This document shows positions 28,651-38,401 of a DNA stretch of 64,000 bases, in pieces. The stretch is from IMG/VR virus record IMGVR_UViG_3300028914_000003, positions 32,001 through 96,000 of that record. The stretch is one strand, 5' to 3'. Each line of letters begins with the position of its first letter. The first letter of the stretch is position 1. The translations under genes were made by a program, and so were the position numbers. Source of the DNA: a virus (Duplodnaviria > Caudoviricetes). The notes beneath the pieces were generated by a model, which did not search any database, was not told the origin of the DNA, and saw nothing but the letters and a program-made list of their open reading frames with translations.

Positions 28651-28911
28651 TCAGTCCTCCAATATATAGTCCGAATAGTCCTCCACCTTGAAGATGACAT
28701 CAAGCAGCCACTTGAAGTTCCTCATGCTCACGGTCACAGCCGACCGCCCGTAGTGCTCCCAGTAGATATACTCCTTGCCGTAGCTCGGCGAACCATAACG
28801 GTCGCACACGCCGATAAAGCATAATGCAGTCCCGTACTTCAGCGTCCAGCCTGCCTTTAGCCTCTGATAAGCCTCACGCAGTTTCTCTCGCTTTGTCATT
28901 TTCTTCTCCAT
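28651..28911 (-). CDS. hypothetical protein
   Basis: 86-aa ORF in operon. Confidence 0.6.
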   Translation of the reverse strand: MEKKMTKREKLREAYQRLKAGWTLKYGTALCFIGVCDRYGSPSYGKEYIYWEHYGRSAVTVSMRNFKWLLDVIFKVEDYSDYILED

Positions 28912-28915
28912 AGTT

Positions 28916-29239
28916 TCACGCTGCTTTGTCTAAGTCTTTCATCCATCCCTCGGCCACCACCTCGGTCTCGTTGTAGCCGTCAGGGGTGGCGATAATCTGA
29001 TAGCGGGCATCGTCGCGTGTCAGCGTAGCGAACAGCGTAGTCCACCCGTGCTCCTTAGCCTGCTTGCGCCACCCAGCCAGATAGCGCAGCGCCGTCTTCA
29101 CCAGCTTCACCGATACGCGGTTGAAGTCGCGCTCGGCTATGCGATTGCCATTCTCGTCGCGCTTGCCCTCCAGATACAGGGCTTCGCGATAGGTATCAGC
29201 ACCATACCAGTGCTGAATAATGTAAGTCTGCTTTGCCAT
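28916..29239 (-). CDS. hypothetical protein
   Basis: 107-aa ORF ending DKAA. Confidence 0.65.
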   Translation of the reverse strand: MAKQTYIIQHWYGADTYREALYLEGKRDENGNRIAERDFNRVSVKLVKTALRYLAGWRKQAKEHGWTTLFATLTRDDARYQIIATPDGYNETEVVAEGWMKDLDKAA

Positions 29240-29677
29240 ACCTCACGCTGCTTTTCTGATAAACATGGGCACCAGCTGCTGTGCCTCGTTATTGCTCACG
29301 TGCAGGGCGACCGCAATCTGGCGGCGCACCTTGTTGATAGAAATTCTCTTCGCCATAGTCGTTTATTTTTTTAGTTACACACTTCGTCACGCAGATAGTC
29401 TCTGAACGATACATTTACTCTCGTTGCGTCTTGACGCTGCCATGCAAGGTAGTCGTCATAGACCTCTTGGATAGTTCTCATCATAGTCATGCCAGTGAAT
29501 AAGTTTCATACACTCCTACCCCACTCGATTGCAGGGTACGCCCTATGCGCCATGCCTGATGGCGTAGATAGGACACAGCACCTGCACTCAATCGGTAGGC
29601 TGCAATAATCTCGCCGCAGAGAAGCATACTCCATGCCTCGCTCCACGATAGGAAATTCTTTCGTCTCGGTTTCATAT

Positions 29678-29944
29678 TTAGAACGGGATTTGCTCATACA
29701 CACTCGGACGCTCATAGATGGTCACAAACTCATCCATGCCGTCGCTCCACGTCAGCAGGTGGTGCTCGCTTGTCGCTTGCACATCGTCCACCACTTCCTC
29801 CGCCTCAGGCTCATGCACAAGGTGGGGATAGTGCTCGCGGATATACTCCACGAACTCATCCAGCGTCATGCGCTGGTATGCCTCTGCCAGTTCTTCCCAC
29901 GCTTCCTCGCTTTGGGAATACCAGATAAAACGTTTTGCTTCCAT
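29678..29944 (-). CDS. hypothetical protein (paralogue of the N-terminus of 30325..30888)
   Basis: LDEFVEYIREHYPHLVHEPEAEEV versus LDEFVEHVRTHYPQALCEPAEEQV. Confidence 0.65.
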   Translation of the reverse strand: MEAKRFIWYSQSEEAWEELAEAYQRMTLDEFVEYIREHYPHLVHEPEAEEVVDDVQATSEHHLLTWSDGMDEFVTIYERPSVYEQIPF

Positions 29945-29947
29945 AGT

Positions 29948-30322
29948 CTAAGCTGATTTTAGTTCAACATTCTTCTCCCTGCACTCCCGTTCGTCCTCAC
30001 GCCAGCGGAACCCCATAAGAGAGTCTGTAAAACGTGAGAAACTACCGCTCCATGAGTCTCCGCCCTCACGGAAGAATGAGTGCCACAGTGTCTCCTGATA
30101 GCACGCCTTAACACTCCACGTCTCGATGCCGTCGATAAGCACAGAGACATCCATAGGCGCATAGCCATAGAGCGCAAAGAGCTTGTCGGCCTCCTTGTCG
30201 TAAAACTCCTGCATGGCAGGGCGCAGGCGGTTGCAGTTCAAGTCACGCGGATAGGTGTAGTCAAACGTGCGATCTATGTTCGGGAAATAGAGACGCACAG
30301 TCTCTTGTCTTTCGTTTGCCAT
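29948..30322 (-). CDS. hypothetical protein
   Basis: 124-aa ORF in operon. Confidence 0.6.
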   Translation of the reverse strand: MANERQETVRLYFPNIDRTFDYTYPRDLNCNRLRPAMQEFYDKEADKLFALYGYAPMDVSVLIDGIETWSVKACYQETLWHSFFREGGDSWSGSFSRFTDSLMGFRWREDERECREKNVELKSA

Positions 30323-30324
30323 AG

Positions 30325-30888
30325 TTAGTCCTCCAGCTTATAGAACACAACAGACTGGTTTATCAGCGGCTCTGCGCCGTCGCGCTTCAGCGCCATCTCA
30401 TAGTCAGGCTCAGACAGACGCTCCGACCAACGACCCAGCGGGTTCACGCCGCCCTCGTCGGTGTACACATAGAGCCACTTGCCAGGCATCCGATGCACGC
30501 CAACGGTGCCGAACTCATAGTGCGTATCGTCCACATCCTCGCATACGCCCCACTGCGAATTGTCCACACCGCTGCGGTTGATAGCGTCGAACAGACCGAA
30601 CATACGCTCCTTCCACGTCTTCGACATCTGCTTCTCGTATATACGCATCGTCTCGCCCATATTGTGCTGCTCGTTAGTCAGGATATAGCGGTCGCTCTGC
30701 TCGTCCACCATGCCCTGCACCTGCTCCTCAGCAGGCTCACACAATGCCTGCGGATAGTGGGTGCGCACATGCTCCACAAACTCGTCCAGCTCGCCCTCGA
30801 AGTTATAGAACTCGTTAGCCAGCCTCTCCGAATACTCGTCGGTGTCATGCACCATGATAATCACTTTTGCCATAGTCACTCCTCCCAT
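30325..30888 (-). CDS. hypothetical protein
   Basis: 187-aa ORF in operon. Confidence 0.65.
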   Translation of the reverse strand: MGGVTMAKVIIMVHDTDEYSERLANEFYNFEGELDEFVEHVRTHYPQALCEPAEEQVQGMVDEQSDRYILTNEQHNMGETMRIYEKQMSKTWKERMFGLFDAINRSGVDNSQWGVCEDVDDTHYEFGTVGVHRMPGKWLYVYTDEGGVNPLGRWSERLSEPDYEMALKRDGAEPLINQSVVFYKLED

Positions 30889-30891
30889 AGT

Positions 30892-31128
30892 TTATGCCAG
30901 GATGCCGTCGAACGGATCCCACGTGTAATTCAGCTCGTGCGCCATGTCCTGCACAGCCGCCTTGCCGCACTCGTCCATAGCAGGCGCAGCCAGCAGGCCG
31001 GCTGCCATGGAAACTATTACTGCACTGCCTGTAGAGCAGCGGATAGCCTTCGGGGTATTCTCCCACATCTTCTTGAAGATAGTCTTTACACTCTTCTTGG
31101 CGGTGTTTGCCATGTCTTTTGTTGCCAT
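30892..31128 (-). CDS. hypothetical protein
   Basis: 78-aa ORF in operon. Confidence 0.5.
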   Translation of the reverse strand: MATKDMANTAKKSVKTIFKKMWENTPKAIRCSTGSAVIVSMAAGLLAAPAMDECGKAAVQDMAHELNYTWDPFDGILA

Positions 31129-31162
31129 AGTTGTAAATTTTTTGAATTGAATTTGTTGATGA

Positions 31163-31444
31163 TTATGCTGCGCGCTTATAGTTAGCGCGTTTGTTGTCGA
31201 TAGAGCGATAGCGGGTGTCGCGCTTCGCGTCGAACACTCCCACTAATGCTGCGCCCAAGATGCCCGTGCAGAAATACACGGCCACCACTACGTTAGTGCT
31301 GACGCCATGCTCCACCAGCACCAGCGCCATAAACATAGCCACGATAGCGGCTATCAACATTTTTGCGATTGTTCTCATTTTCGTTTTGGTTTTAGTTACT
31401 TTACTTCTTCGGCATAGTCTGCCGTCTGCTCTCCAAGTTCCCAC
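31163..31444 (-). CDS. small two-TM membrane protein
   Basis: Two hydrophobic segments; true start probably MRTIAK; ends KRAA. Confidence 0.55.
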   Translation of the reverse strand: MGTWRADGRLCRRSKVTKTKTKMRTIAKMLIAAIVAMFMALVLVEHGVSTNVVVAVYFCTGILGAALVGVFDAKRDTRYRSIDNKRANYKRAA

Positions 31445-31568
31445 TCCACTTCGTCCAGACGTTCACTTGCAATAGCACATGCCTCGTCCTTGCTATCCGC
31501 TTCCAAATACAGATAGCCATTGTGGATCTGCGTACATGTTACACAATATTTTGCCATAGTTTATGGTT

Positions 31569-32201
31569 TTAGCTGTTCACATAGTTACCAACAGGCGTGT
31601 CAATAGTCACGTCCTCAAATTGCAGGCGATAGTCCGCAGGCTCGCCGTCGAAGAAGTGGTTGATAGCCACGACGCACTGCTCGGCGGTAACATCATGCTC
31701 GTACTCCTTGCTCGCCTCATAGAGGGAGTTTACATAATCCTCGTGCCCCTGCATGCCGTCTACGAACTCCGACAGCGGCAGGCACACGCCACGCACGTCG
31801 ATAGTCTTCCAGTTGTCGCCCTTATAGGTGTATCCCAAGAGCGAAATCTGCTTCTGTCCCATGTCGTCAAGTTCGACAGCATAGAAGTCGATAGCCTCTG
31901 GCTGGCGCACGGGCTTGAACCGCGTCATGTCGCAAAGGTGCTCCCGCAGATAGTCCAGCAGCTCCTCGTCCGTAGGATCCCTGCGTATAAACTCCGAGTC
32001 GGAATAAAAGAAGATTTCCTCGTCGAGCCTCGTGGCGTACTTGTCGCCCAGCTCCATTCTGCGCTCCAGCACGTCCCATAGCGCAACGTCAGCCACGTCC
32101 ACGCTCCGATAGCTCTCGCCATCGAACGTCGGCAGGCTCGTGATGTCGATAGTGCGAACGATATAGTCCACACCATTCAATGTGATAGTCGATTTTTGCA
32201 T
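31569..32201 (-). CDS. acidic hypothetical protein
   Basis: 210-aa ORF in operon. Confidence 0.7.
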   Translation of the reverse strand: MQKSTITLNGVDYIVRTIDITSLPTFDGESYRSVDVADVALWDVLERRMELGDKYATRLDEEIFFYSDSEFIRRDPTDEELLDYLREHLCDMTRFKPVRQPEAIDFYAVELDDMGQKQISLLGYTYKGDNWKTIDVRGVCLPLSEFVDGMQGHEDYVNSLYEASKEYEHDVTAEQCVVAINHFFDGEPADYRLQFEDVTIDTPVGNYVNS

Positions 32202-32234
32202 TTCTCAGTCCTCCTGATAGTTTGGGGTTATGTG

Positions 32235-32651
32235 TTATGCCGCCTTGCGCATAGCCTTGCGCTCGCGATTGCGGCGAATATTTGCAATATACTTTCCATA
32301 TTTCTGCTCCAACTCCTTGCGGTATTCTGGATAGTCTTCACACGGCAGGCGCAGGATAGCCTCGTAGACGTAGCGGGCGTCTGTCACGCTGCACATGCCC
32401 TGACGGTGCAGCTTGTTCATAATGTTGTGATAGATACGACCCGCGCTCTCCAGGCGCTTGAACTCATGCGACTCCATGTACTCGCGCATTTCGCGGATAG
32501 CCTGCTTGTCGCCGTTCCATAGACCACTAATCATGCTGCTGTGACTCATGCGCCCGCGCTCAACGGGATAGCCTGTCTGTACACACCAGTCCACATCTTC
32601 GAGAGTGTACGACTCGCCGAAGATAATTCTTGTCTCTGCTTTCGTTGCCAT
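32235..32651 (-). CDS. hypothetical protein
   Basis: 138-aa ORF ending RKAA. Confidence 0.65.
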   Translation of the reverse strand: MATKAETRIIFGESYTLEDVDWCVQTGYPVERGRMSHSSMISGLWNGDKQAIREMREYMESHEFKRLESAGRIYHNIMNKLHRQGMCSVTDARYVYEAILRLPCEDYPEYRKELEQKYGKYIANIRRNRERKAMRKAA

Positions 32652-32669
32652 AGGTCAGTCCTCCGGATT

Positions 32670-32885
32670 TTAGTTTACAAACCATTTCATGCTTTTTACT
32701 TGATTGTCTTTCACGATAGCATAGCCCTCGCAATCTGCGAGACGGGCGGCCGTAGCCACTTCCTGCTCCGTGTAGTCACTTGGCATTTTCTCTTTTCTCC
32801 AGGTGCTTGTGTCCGCCATGCGTTTCCGTGAGTGGAAATAGATGGCATAGGTTCCGATAAATCCTTGCATAATTCTGTTCTCCAA
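32670..32885 (-). CDS. hypothetical protein
   Basis: 71-aa ORF in operon. Confidence 0.5.
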   Translation of the reverse strand: MENRIMQGFIGTYAIYFHSRKRMADTSTWRKEKMPSDYTEQEVATAARLADCEGYAIVKDNQVKSMKWFVN

Positions 32886-33521
32886 TGTTTTTCCGATAGG
32901 TCGAAGACAACGGGGCGCACAGCCCGATAGTCATGCGCCCCGTATAGTTACATCACGTCGAATGGGTCGGTCTGCCCGTCGATAGCATCCTGCGGCTCGT
33001 CGGCACTCGCGATATGGTGGCACGACTGCAGCCACGAACCGATAGACAATGCCCATAGCGCCAGCAGTACTTTCACGATACGTCTGCCGATAGTCCTCAT
33101 ACGGGTAGGTTTGTCCGTCACATCACCCCAGTCTGCGCGCTCTACCTCCTGTACCACGCGTACTTTTAGGGGTGGCTCGTCACTGATAGCCCACTTCTTC
33201 GCCATAGGCTCACTCGTCTTCTGGTTCGTTACTCGCACGCTCGTCCAGCATAGCCTGCAGCTCGTCAATCTCGCCCGATAGCCACTCCTTGCGCGCCCCG
33301 ATGGTTGCCAACTCATTACGATAGTCCGTCAGCATATCCTCGATAGCTTCCGTACTCATGTCCTTGTAGTCTACTTCTCTTGTCTTCACTTTTTTCTCGT
33401 TTTAGTGGATGAACCAATTTTGTTGATAACACACGTCTCACGCCTTAGCACGTTCCGCTGACCACCTTTCCATAGTCCTATAAAAGTGCGCTTTCAAGTG
33501 TCTGTCTGAGCGTAATTGCAA

Positions 33522-33585
33522 GCGGATAGGGAATTGAACCCTATAGCCATCCGTGTACCCCCGCCACCCAGGTACGTTTTCCCGC
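33522..33585 (-). ncRNA. tRNA-like RNA element A
   Basis: Minus strand: GCGG...AAACGT, GTACC[TGGGTGGCGGG]GGTAC hairpin, T-arm TAGGG-TTCAATT-CCCTA, closing CCGC. Confidence 0.45.
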
Positions 33586-33919
33586 GATGATACGGATAGT
33601 TCCTAATCATTCCGCCCTATATCTCTTCCCCCATGATAGGGGTGTCGTCCATTCACTCCATACGCTGTCTTGCGATAGCGCATACCACCAGTACGCTCTT
33701 CCTCACGGATAGCCTCGCTTACTTATTCGCGAGCTCGCCATAGTGGATTTACTTTGACGCATTGACTCACCAACTATTCAGCATCCGCACTCTGCCAACA
33801 CCTTAAACTCGTATAGGAACCTGCAGCCCACCCAAGTGGATAGCCTGCACAAACGTCAGGATAGTCATTTTACGCTTTCGTCCGACCTGCGTCTACTTGC
33901 AACCTGAGCAAAACAATGC

Positions 33920-34017
33920 ACCCGTAATCGGAGTCGAACCGATAGAGGGATGTGGAGCGTCCCGCCACCTAACGCACTTTAGCCGCGATAATCACTCCCT
34001 CGTCCACGTTTACGGGT
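33920..34017 (-). ncRNA. tRNA-like RNA element B
   Basis: Minus strand: acceptor-like ACCCGTA/TACGGGT, AAACGT, GCGT[TAGGTGGCGGG]ACGC hairpin, T-arm ATCGG-TTCGACT-CCGAT. Confidence 0.55.
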
Positions 34018-34378
34018 AAGCCTGCCACTACAAACTCTTGCGATAGCAGGTCTTCGTGATGTAGCTATTCTCGAAGCGACATACACCCACATAGGACTTG
34101 ACAGTACCAGCTTCCTCTCGATAGCAGGTATTCTTCACTCTGCGCTTTTGCGGACGTCTGTCTCTGGCGATAGCAGCGACATGTTTCATGCCACCGCCCT
34201 TACGTTTACCCGTGATAGGACTGCGCCCGAGAACCAATAGAGTCTGCTTAGCACTCTTGCGCTCTGCACTTCGATGTTCGTACTTTCGCTGTAGAACGAT
34301 AAGCAGGGCACGCATGGTAGGCGTGCTCTGCTCACTCATAGGGTCGTACATCTGTTCCGGTACCATAGTCCACTCGCT

Positions 34379-35047
34379 TTAGAACTCCAACACGGGCTTC
34401 TCAATCTCCTGAATCTTGTTCACACCGTCAATAGTCTTAACAATGTAGACGTGCTCGATAGCCTCATAGTTCTCGCGGCTCTTCTCTGCGCGCTTAGTCT
34501 CATCAGCGATGTACTTGCTCTGAGTCAGTACGTCCATGATAAGCTCAGGACCCCAACCATACGTGTCAATCATGCACTTGCGATAGACCTTGATAGCCTT
34601 AGCGCCGGACTCTCCCTTGGCTTTCTTGGTAGCCTCTTCGAGGGTGTAGATAGAATAGCTGCGTGTGCCCTCGTCAGTGTTCTCCTCATAGGATTCCACC
34701 ATGACGTTGCGGTCGCGATAGACGTAGGTCTGCATAACCTTACCCTGGTCGTTACGCTCTAAGAGCTGCTCAGCTACGACTGCGTTAAAGGTAGCGGGCG
34801 TATAGCCTACACACTTCTTCTTGTCGCCCTTGCCTACGAAGTGGGGAGCCATACCCATATAGGAGATGTGCTCTTCCTTGGTTACACCATAGGCGGTAGC
34901 AGTGCCGTCAGACTTGATAGATACAAGCTGCATAGCGTGGTTGTGCCACAGGGTCAGCAACTGAGCGGATAAGGTACGTGAGTCCTTAGTCACTTCCTTA
35001 GTCATACGCTTCTCATTCTTCTTCTCGATTCTCTTTGTAGTACTCAT
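34379..35047 (-). CDS. hypothetical protein, first large gene of the leftward early region
   Basis: Likely start MSTTKR within ORF 34379..35128. Confidence 0.7.
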   Translation of the reverse strand: MSTTKRIEKKNEKRMTKEVTKDSRTLSAQLLTLWHNHAMQLVSIKSDGTATAYGVTKEEHISYMGMAPHFVGKGDKKKCVGYTPATFNAVVAEQLLERNDQGKVMQTYVYRDRNVMVESYEENTDEGTRSYSIYTLEEATKKAKGESGAKAIKVYRKCMIDTYGWGPELIMDVLTQSKYIADETKRAEKSRENYEAIEHVYIVKTIDGVNKIQEIEKPVLEF

Positions 35048-35366
35048 AATTGTAAAATTTTGATGTTGATAGATGTTATCTGCGCTCATACGTCGCATTG
35101 TGGGAGCGGATAGATTCGCACTATCCACCGCCTACCTAACACATAAGCCATCAAGGTACTCGCAAAGTGTAGATACGTCGGTTGATGAGTCTATATTTTA
35201 GTACACGTTTCGTCACGAAATAAGCACTATGGAAGCATGCACACAGAGGCAGTCAGTCTTGCATAATACGCACCATTATAGTAGGCACTCGCACGTCGGC
35301 ACGGATATAGCCGAATAAGAAACGACATTCTTATCTCCCCAAGCGGTTTGCGCCTATGTGTACACA

Positions 35367-35431
35367 ATACGTCACTCTAAATGACCGCTTTCGTGTTTGC
35401 GCTTGTGCATACGTCACTCTAAATGACCGCT
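35367..35431. repeat. 23-bp direct repeat x2
   Basis: ATACGTCACTCTAAATGACCGCT at 35367 and 35409. Confidence 0.85.
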
Positions 35432-35488
35432 ACGCGTACCGCTTGTTTTAACCCTAAATACGTCAAAGAACTATTTTGTTGCAACCGC

Positions 35489-35550
35489 TTGTCGTTTGGT
35501 TACGTTGCAAAGATACGAAATAATCTCTAACTTTGCAAGCAAACGACAAA
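35489..35550. promoter_or_regulatory. inverted repeat carrying -7 promoter boxes on both strands
   Basis: TTGTCGTTTG...TTGCAAAG / CTTTGCAA...CAAACGACAA; TATCTTTG on -, TAACTTTG on +. Confidence 0.55.
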
Positions 35551-35933
35551 AAATTTTGTAAAGATTTCGGAAAATGTGCAGTCCCATTCGCGTACCTTTT
35601 TTATTATTATTCGTCGCTTTCCGTTTTCTTTACATTTTTGCATCATGAAAAATGAGGCTCCTTTGCATATATGCAAGCAAATGAAAACAGCACCGCACAG
35701 GGTGAGTCCCCCAGCGAGGCGCGGGGTCTTCTTCGGCTTCGAGAAAAAAAAGAAAAAAAAGAAGAGGTTGGTTGCGCGTTTATACAACGTATCGCGCAAC
35801 AAAAAGCAACCAACACTTTCTGCATAAAAGTATTGGTTGCTATAAATGCTTATATGTAACTATGATTACATAACAATGTTAATTTTAACTTTTATCTATT
35901 TTATATTTTAACAATTCGGAAAATGGTTAATGG

Positions 35934-36437
35934 TTAGTTCTCGCCTACCTCAATACCTGACAGCATGCCAGCCACGGCCAGCACCTCGGCATTGATCCGG
36001 GCCACCTGATCGGCAGTGATGGTACCGTAGGCCCTGGCAGTTCTGGAGTTGAGCGCCGATGACGTGCGGCTCTGCGTCCACCCCACCACGCGCAGGAAGA
36101 ACGGGCCGAGCTTGAACCATCGCTGCAACGCCCTGAGCTGCGGCACGGTGCCGGGGTCGTAGGTCTCGCCACGGCGGCTGGTGTAGGTATCATGACTGCC
36201 GAATGTCACCAGACCGCTGCGCATCTGGTCGGCCAGCAGCGGCAGTGCCTCGTTCATCTTCTGGAGAATGTCGGCAGAAAACCGACGTGGCTTGCCGTGG
36301 CGGTCTGGCATGTGACGAAAGCAGTCCACCAGCGTGCCGTTGCCTATGCCCATCAGTTCGTTCAACCGGAGCAGGTTCACGTTGTGACCTGTCAGATACT
36401 CATATAGGAAGTCTTGTGTAACAGTTACCTTATTCAT
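35934..36437 (-). CDS. hypothetical protein, possibly DNA-binding
   Basis: Likely start MNKVTV; LNELMGIGNGTLVDCF is HTH-like. Confidence 0.6.
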   Translation of the reverse strand: MNKVTVTQDFLYEYLTGHNVNLLRLNELMGIGNGTLVDCFRHMPDRHGKPRRFSADILQKMNEALPLLADQMRSGLVTFGSHDTYTSRRGETYDPGTVPQLRALQRWFKLGPFFLRVVGWTQSRTSSALNSRTARAYGTITADQVARINAEVLAVAGMLSGIEVGEN

Positions 36438-36666
36438 ATATTCGTGTAGCTTTTGAATGATTCGACGCTGCGAAGGTAAATAAATTTTCTCTAACCGCAA
36501 AATCACTTAAACTTATTTAACGAAATTTTCTCTTACCATGCGAACAAAAAAACAGCCCACCGGCATTTGTGCTGCTGATGAACTGTTGAAAGTAGGGAGA
36601 TTTCGTTGAGAAATTGACCTGCGGTCGATAACCTTACTCCTCGTCGTCTGTGTCGCCGACGCGCTT

Positions 36667-37119
36667 TTATGATACGCTGCTGGCAAATTTGCTGTCGCCT
36701 GAGATGGGGTTGTCGACGTGCAGTGGCATGTTGCGCTTGCGGTAGACCATGTCCTGACGCTTGCGGATGATGGGATCCTGCGGATGACGGCTGAACGAAT
36801 GGCGCGTCGGGTCAAACTCGCCACAGTCCAACTCGCGCTTCATGTTGCAGGCCGGCCGGAACTTCAGGCGTTTGGTAGCTGGATAGTGGCGCATCTCGTC
36901 GGTGTCCTTATACGCATAGCGGCGAACGCGCTCCGGCACGTCGACAACGGCAAAGGTGCCGAACGAGTCGATGGGCACACACGGGTAGTGGCCCTCTATG
37001 AGTCTGTATCTGATCTCGTCGAAGACAGCCGGCAGCACCGTCTCGACGGTCGCCTGGCAGATGCCGCTGCGCTTACTGACGGCCGCGGCCAGTTTCTGAA
37101 GGTTTTGTTTGGGGAGCAT
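36667..37119 (-). CDS. HU/IHF-like DNA-binding protein
   Basis: LAAAVSKRSGICQATVETVL...VPIDSFGTFAVVDVPERVRR...PATKRLKFRP. Confidence 0.75.
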   Translation of the reverse strand: MLPKQNLQKLAAAVSKRSGICQATVETVLPAVFDEIRYRLIEGHYPCVPIDSFGTFAVVDVPERVRRYAYKDTDEMRHYPATKRLKFRPACNMKRELDCGEFDPTRHSFSRHPQDPIIRKRQDMVYRKRNMPLHVDNPISGDSKFASSVS

Positions 37120-37187
37120 AACTGGATGTTAGATGTATGATATATATTAAACTGTGTTAAAGGTGTGTTACAAAAATACCCAATGCC

Positions 37188-37526
37188 CTACAACACTCTT
37201 AGAATGAAGTCGTCGGCGCGCAAAATGCAGCAGTCACGGAGCCTTCTGGTCTGGCCGCTGGCGGTGAACTGTACGAGCCTGGACGGGTAGGCACCAGGAC
37301 TGTCATCGGTATAGACAGCGAGCGTGACGCACTCCTCTCCGCAGATCACGTCGCCGTTGGAGGCTGCGACGTACCAGACACGCCAAGGAACACGGACATT
37401 GACCATTGACCATTGACCATTGACCATTTGCCGTTCGGTGGTAAACCGCTCTGCCACGCGTCGAAGTTCTGATAATGACAGTGTTTTCATTTGGCAAATA
37501 TCTTTTTCAACAGCACAAGCATCCAT
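37188..37526 (-). CDS. hypothetical protein containing a heptamer tandem repeat
   Basis: ORF track; (CATTGAC)x4 at 37397-37427. Confidence 0.5.
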   Translation of the reverse strand: MDACAVEKDICQMKTLSLSELRRVAERFTTERQMVNGQWSMVNVRVPWRVWYVAASNGDVICGEECVTLAVYTDDSPGAYPSRLVQFTASGQTRRLRDCCILRADDFILRVL

Positions 37527-38071
37527 GACTTTTTCCTGAACGTTATTGCTCCTGCAAGCGCGGCAAGCAATACGAGCGCAATGTTACCGAACCACAGCCG
37601 AGCCTGCTGCCACCATGACAGTGGATTGGACACTTTCTTTACGACTGTCTTCTCCTTGGACTGAATCAAAGATTCTGCATGACTGAGCTGCTGCTGGAGT
37701 ACGCGCATTGTCGAGTCCTGGATATCGAGACGGTGCATCAGCATCTCGCGCTCCTGACGGTCACTCTCCCTGGTCGTCTCGCGTACATTATTGATAATAG
37801 TCGTCTCCTTGATAACCTTACCAGCAGAATCCACCACGACATAGTGGCTGGTATCGCTCTTCTCTTTGATGCTCTCAAACTGCCTCAGTATTGTTTCGCG
37901 CCATGCACTATCCTGCTGTACGACGGTCTTTGTCTTGATGACTGAGTCCATACGGTCCATCAGCGTCTGTACCCGGTGCTGCTCTACATAAGAAGTCTCT
38001 TGCTTTGTGGTGGCACAGGCAGCCATCAACATGCAGGCTGCCACCATTGTAATAAGATGTTGTCTTTTCAT
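37487..38071 (-). CDS. lipoprotein with C-terminal TM, candidate unimolecular spanin
   Basis: Lipobox LMAAC at the N-terminus; C-terminal TM LWFGNIALVLLAALAGAITF followed by RKK. Confidence 0.6.
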   Translation of the reverse strand: MKRQHLITMVAACMLMAACATTKQETSYVEQHRVQTLMDRMDSVIKTKTVVQQDSAWRETILRQFESIKEKSDTSHYVVVDSAGKVIKETTIINNVRETTRESDRQEREMLMHRLDIQDSTMRVLQQQLSHAESLIQSKEKTVVKKVSNPLSWWQQARLWFGNIALVLLAALAGAITFRKKSWMLVLLKKIFAK

Positions 38072-38208
38072 AACTCCCTTTTTCCGGAAATATAGAACGG
38101 CGATGTCCGTTTGTAAAGGGCAGAAAAAGAGGCGCCACCGTCCTAAGATATAAGTTACAACAAGGACAGTGGCGCTACAAAATTACAGAAAATGTCGCCT
38201 CTCGGCGT

Positions 38209-38278
38209 TTGGGGAGCGGATTCGCACCGCCGGTCTCCTGGTTACTCCAGGCGAGCTGCTTGATGCTCTTTTCCGCAT
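38209..38278 (-). pseudogene. degenerate tRNA-like sequence
   Basis: Minus strand: D-arm GAGC/GCTC, stem CCTGG/CCAGG with only a 5-nt loop, T-arm GCGG-TGCGAAT-CCGC; acceptor stem poor. Confidence 0.4.
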
Positions 38279-38401
38279 GTGGTCCCGCAATATGACAAAC
38301 GGGGCTTAATGGTCAAGGTGTGTGCAAGGCTGTTTTGTTATCTGCCTTGTATTGCGGTGCAAAGTTACTCATTTTTTTAATAACGACCAAACTATTAAAG
38401 A

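Noticed and set aside
37397-37427. (CATTGAC)x4 as a phase-variation or novel repeat system
   Set aside because: Short simple repeat; nothing else supports a function.
38209-38278. Functional tRNA gene
   Set aside because: The anticodon loop is only 5 nt and the acceptor stem pairs poorly; kept only as a degenerate remnant.
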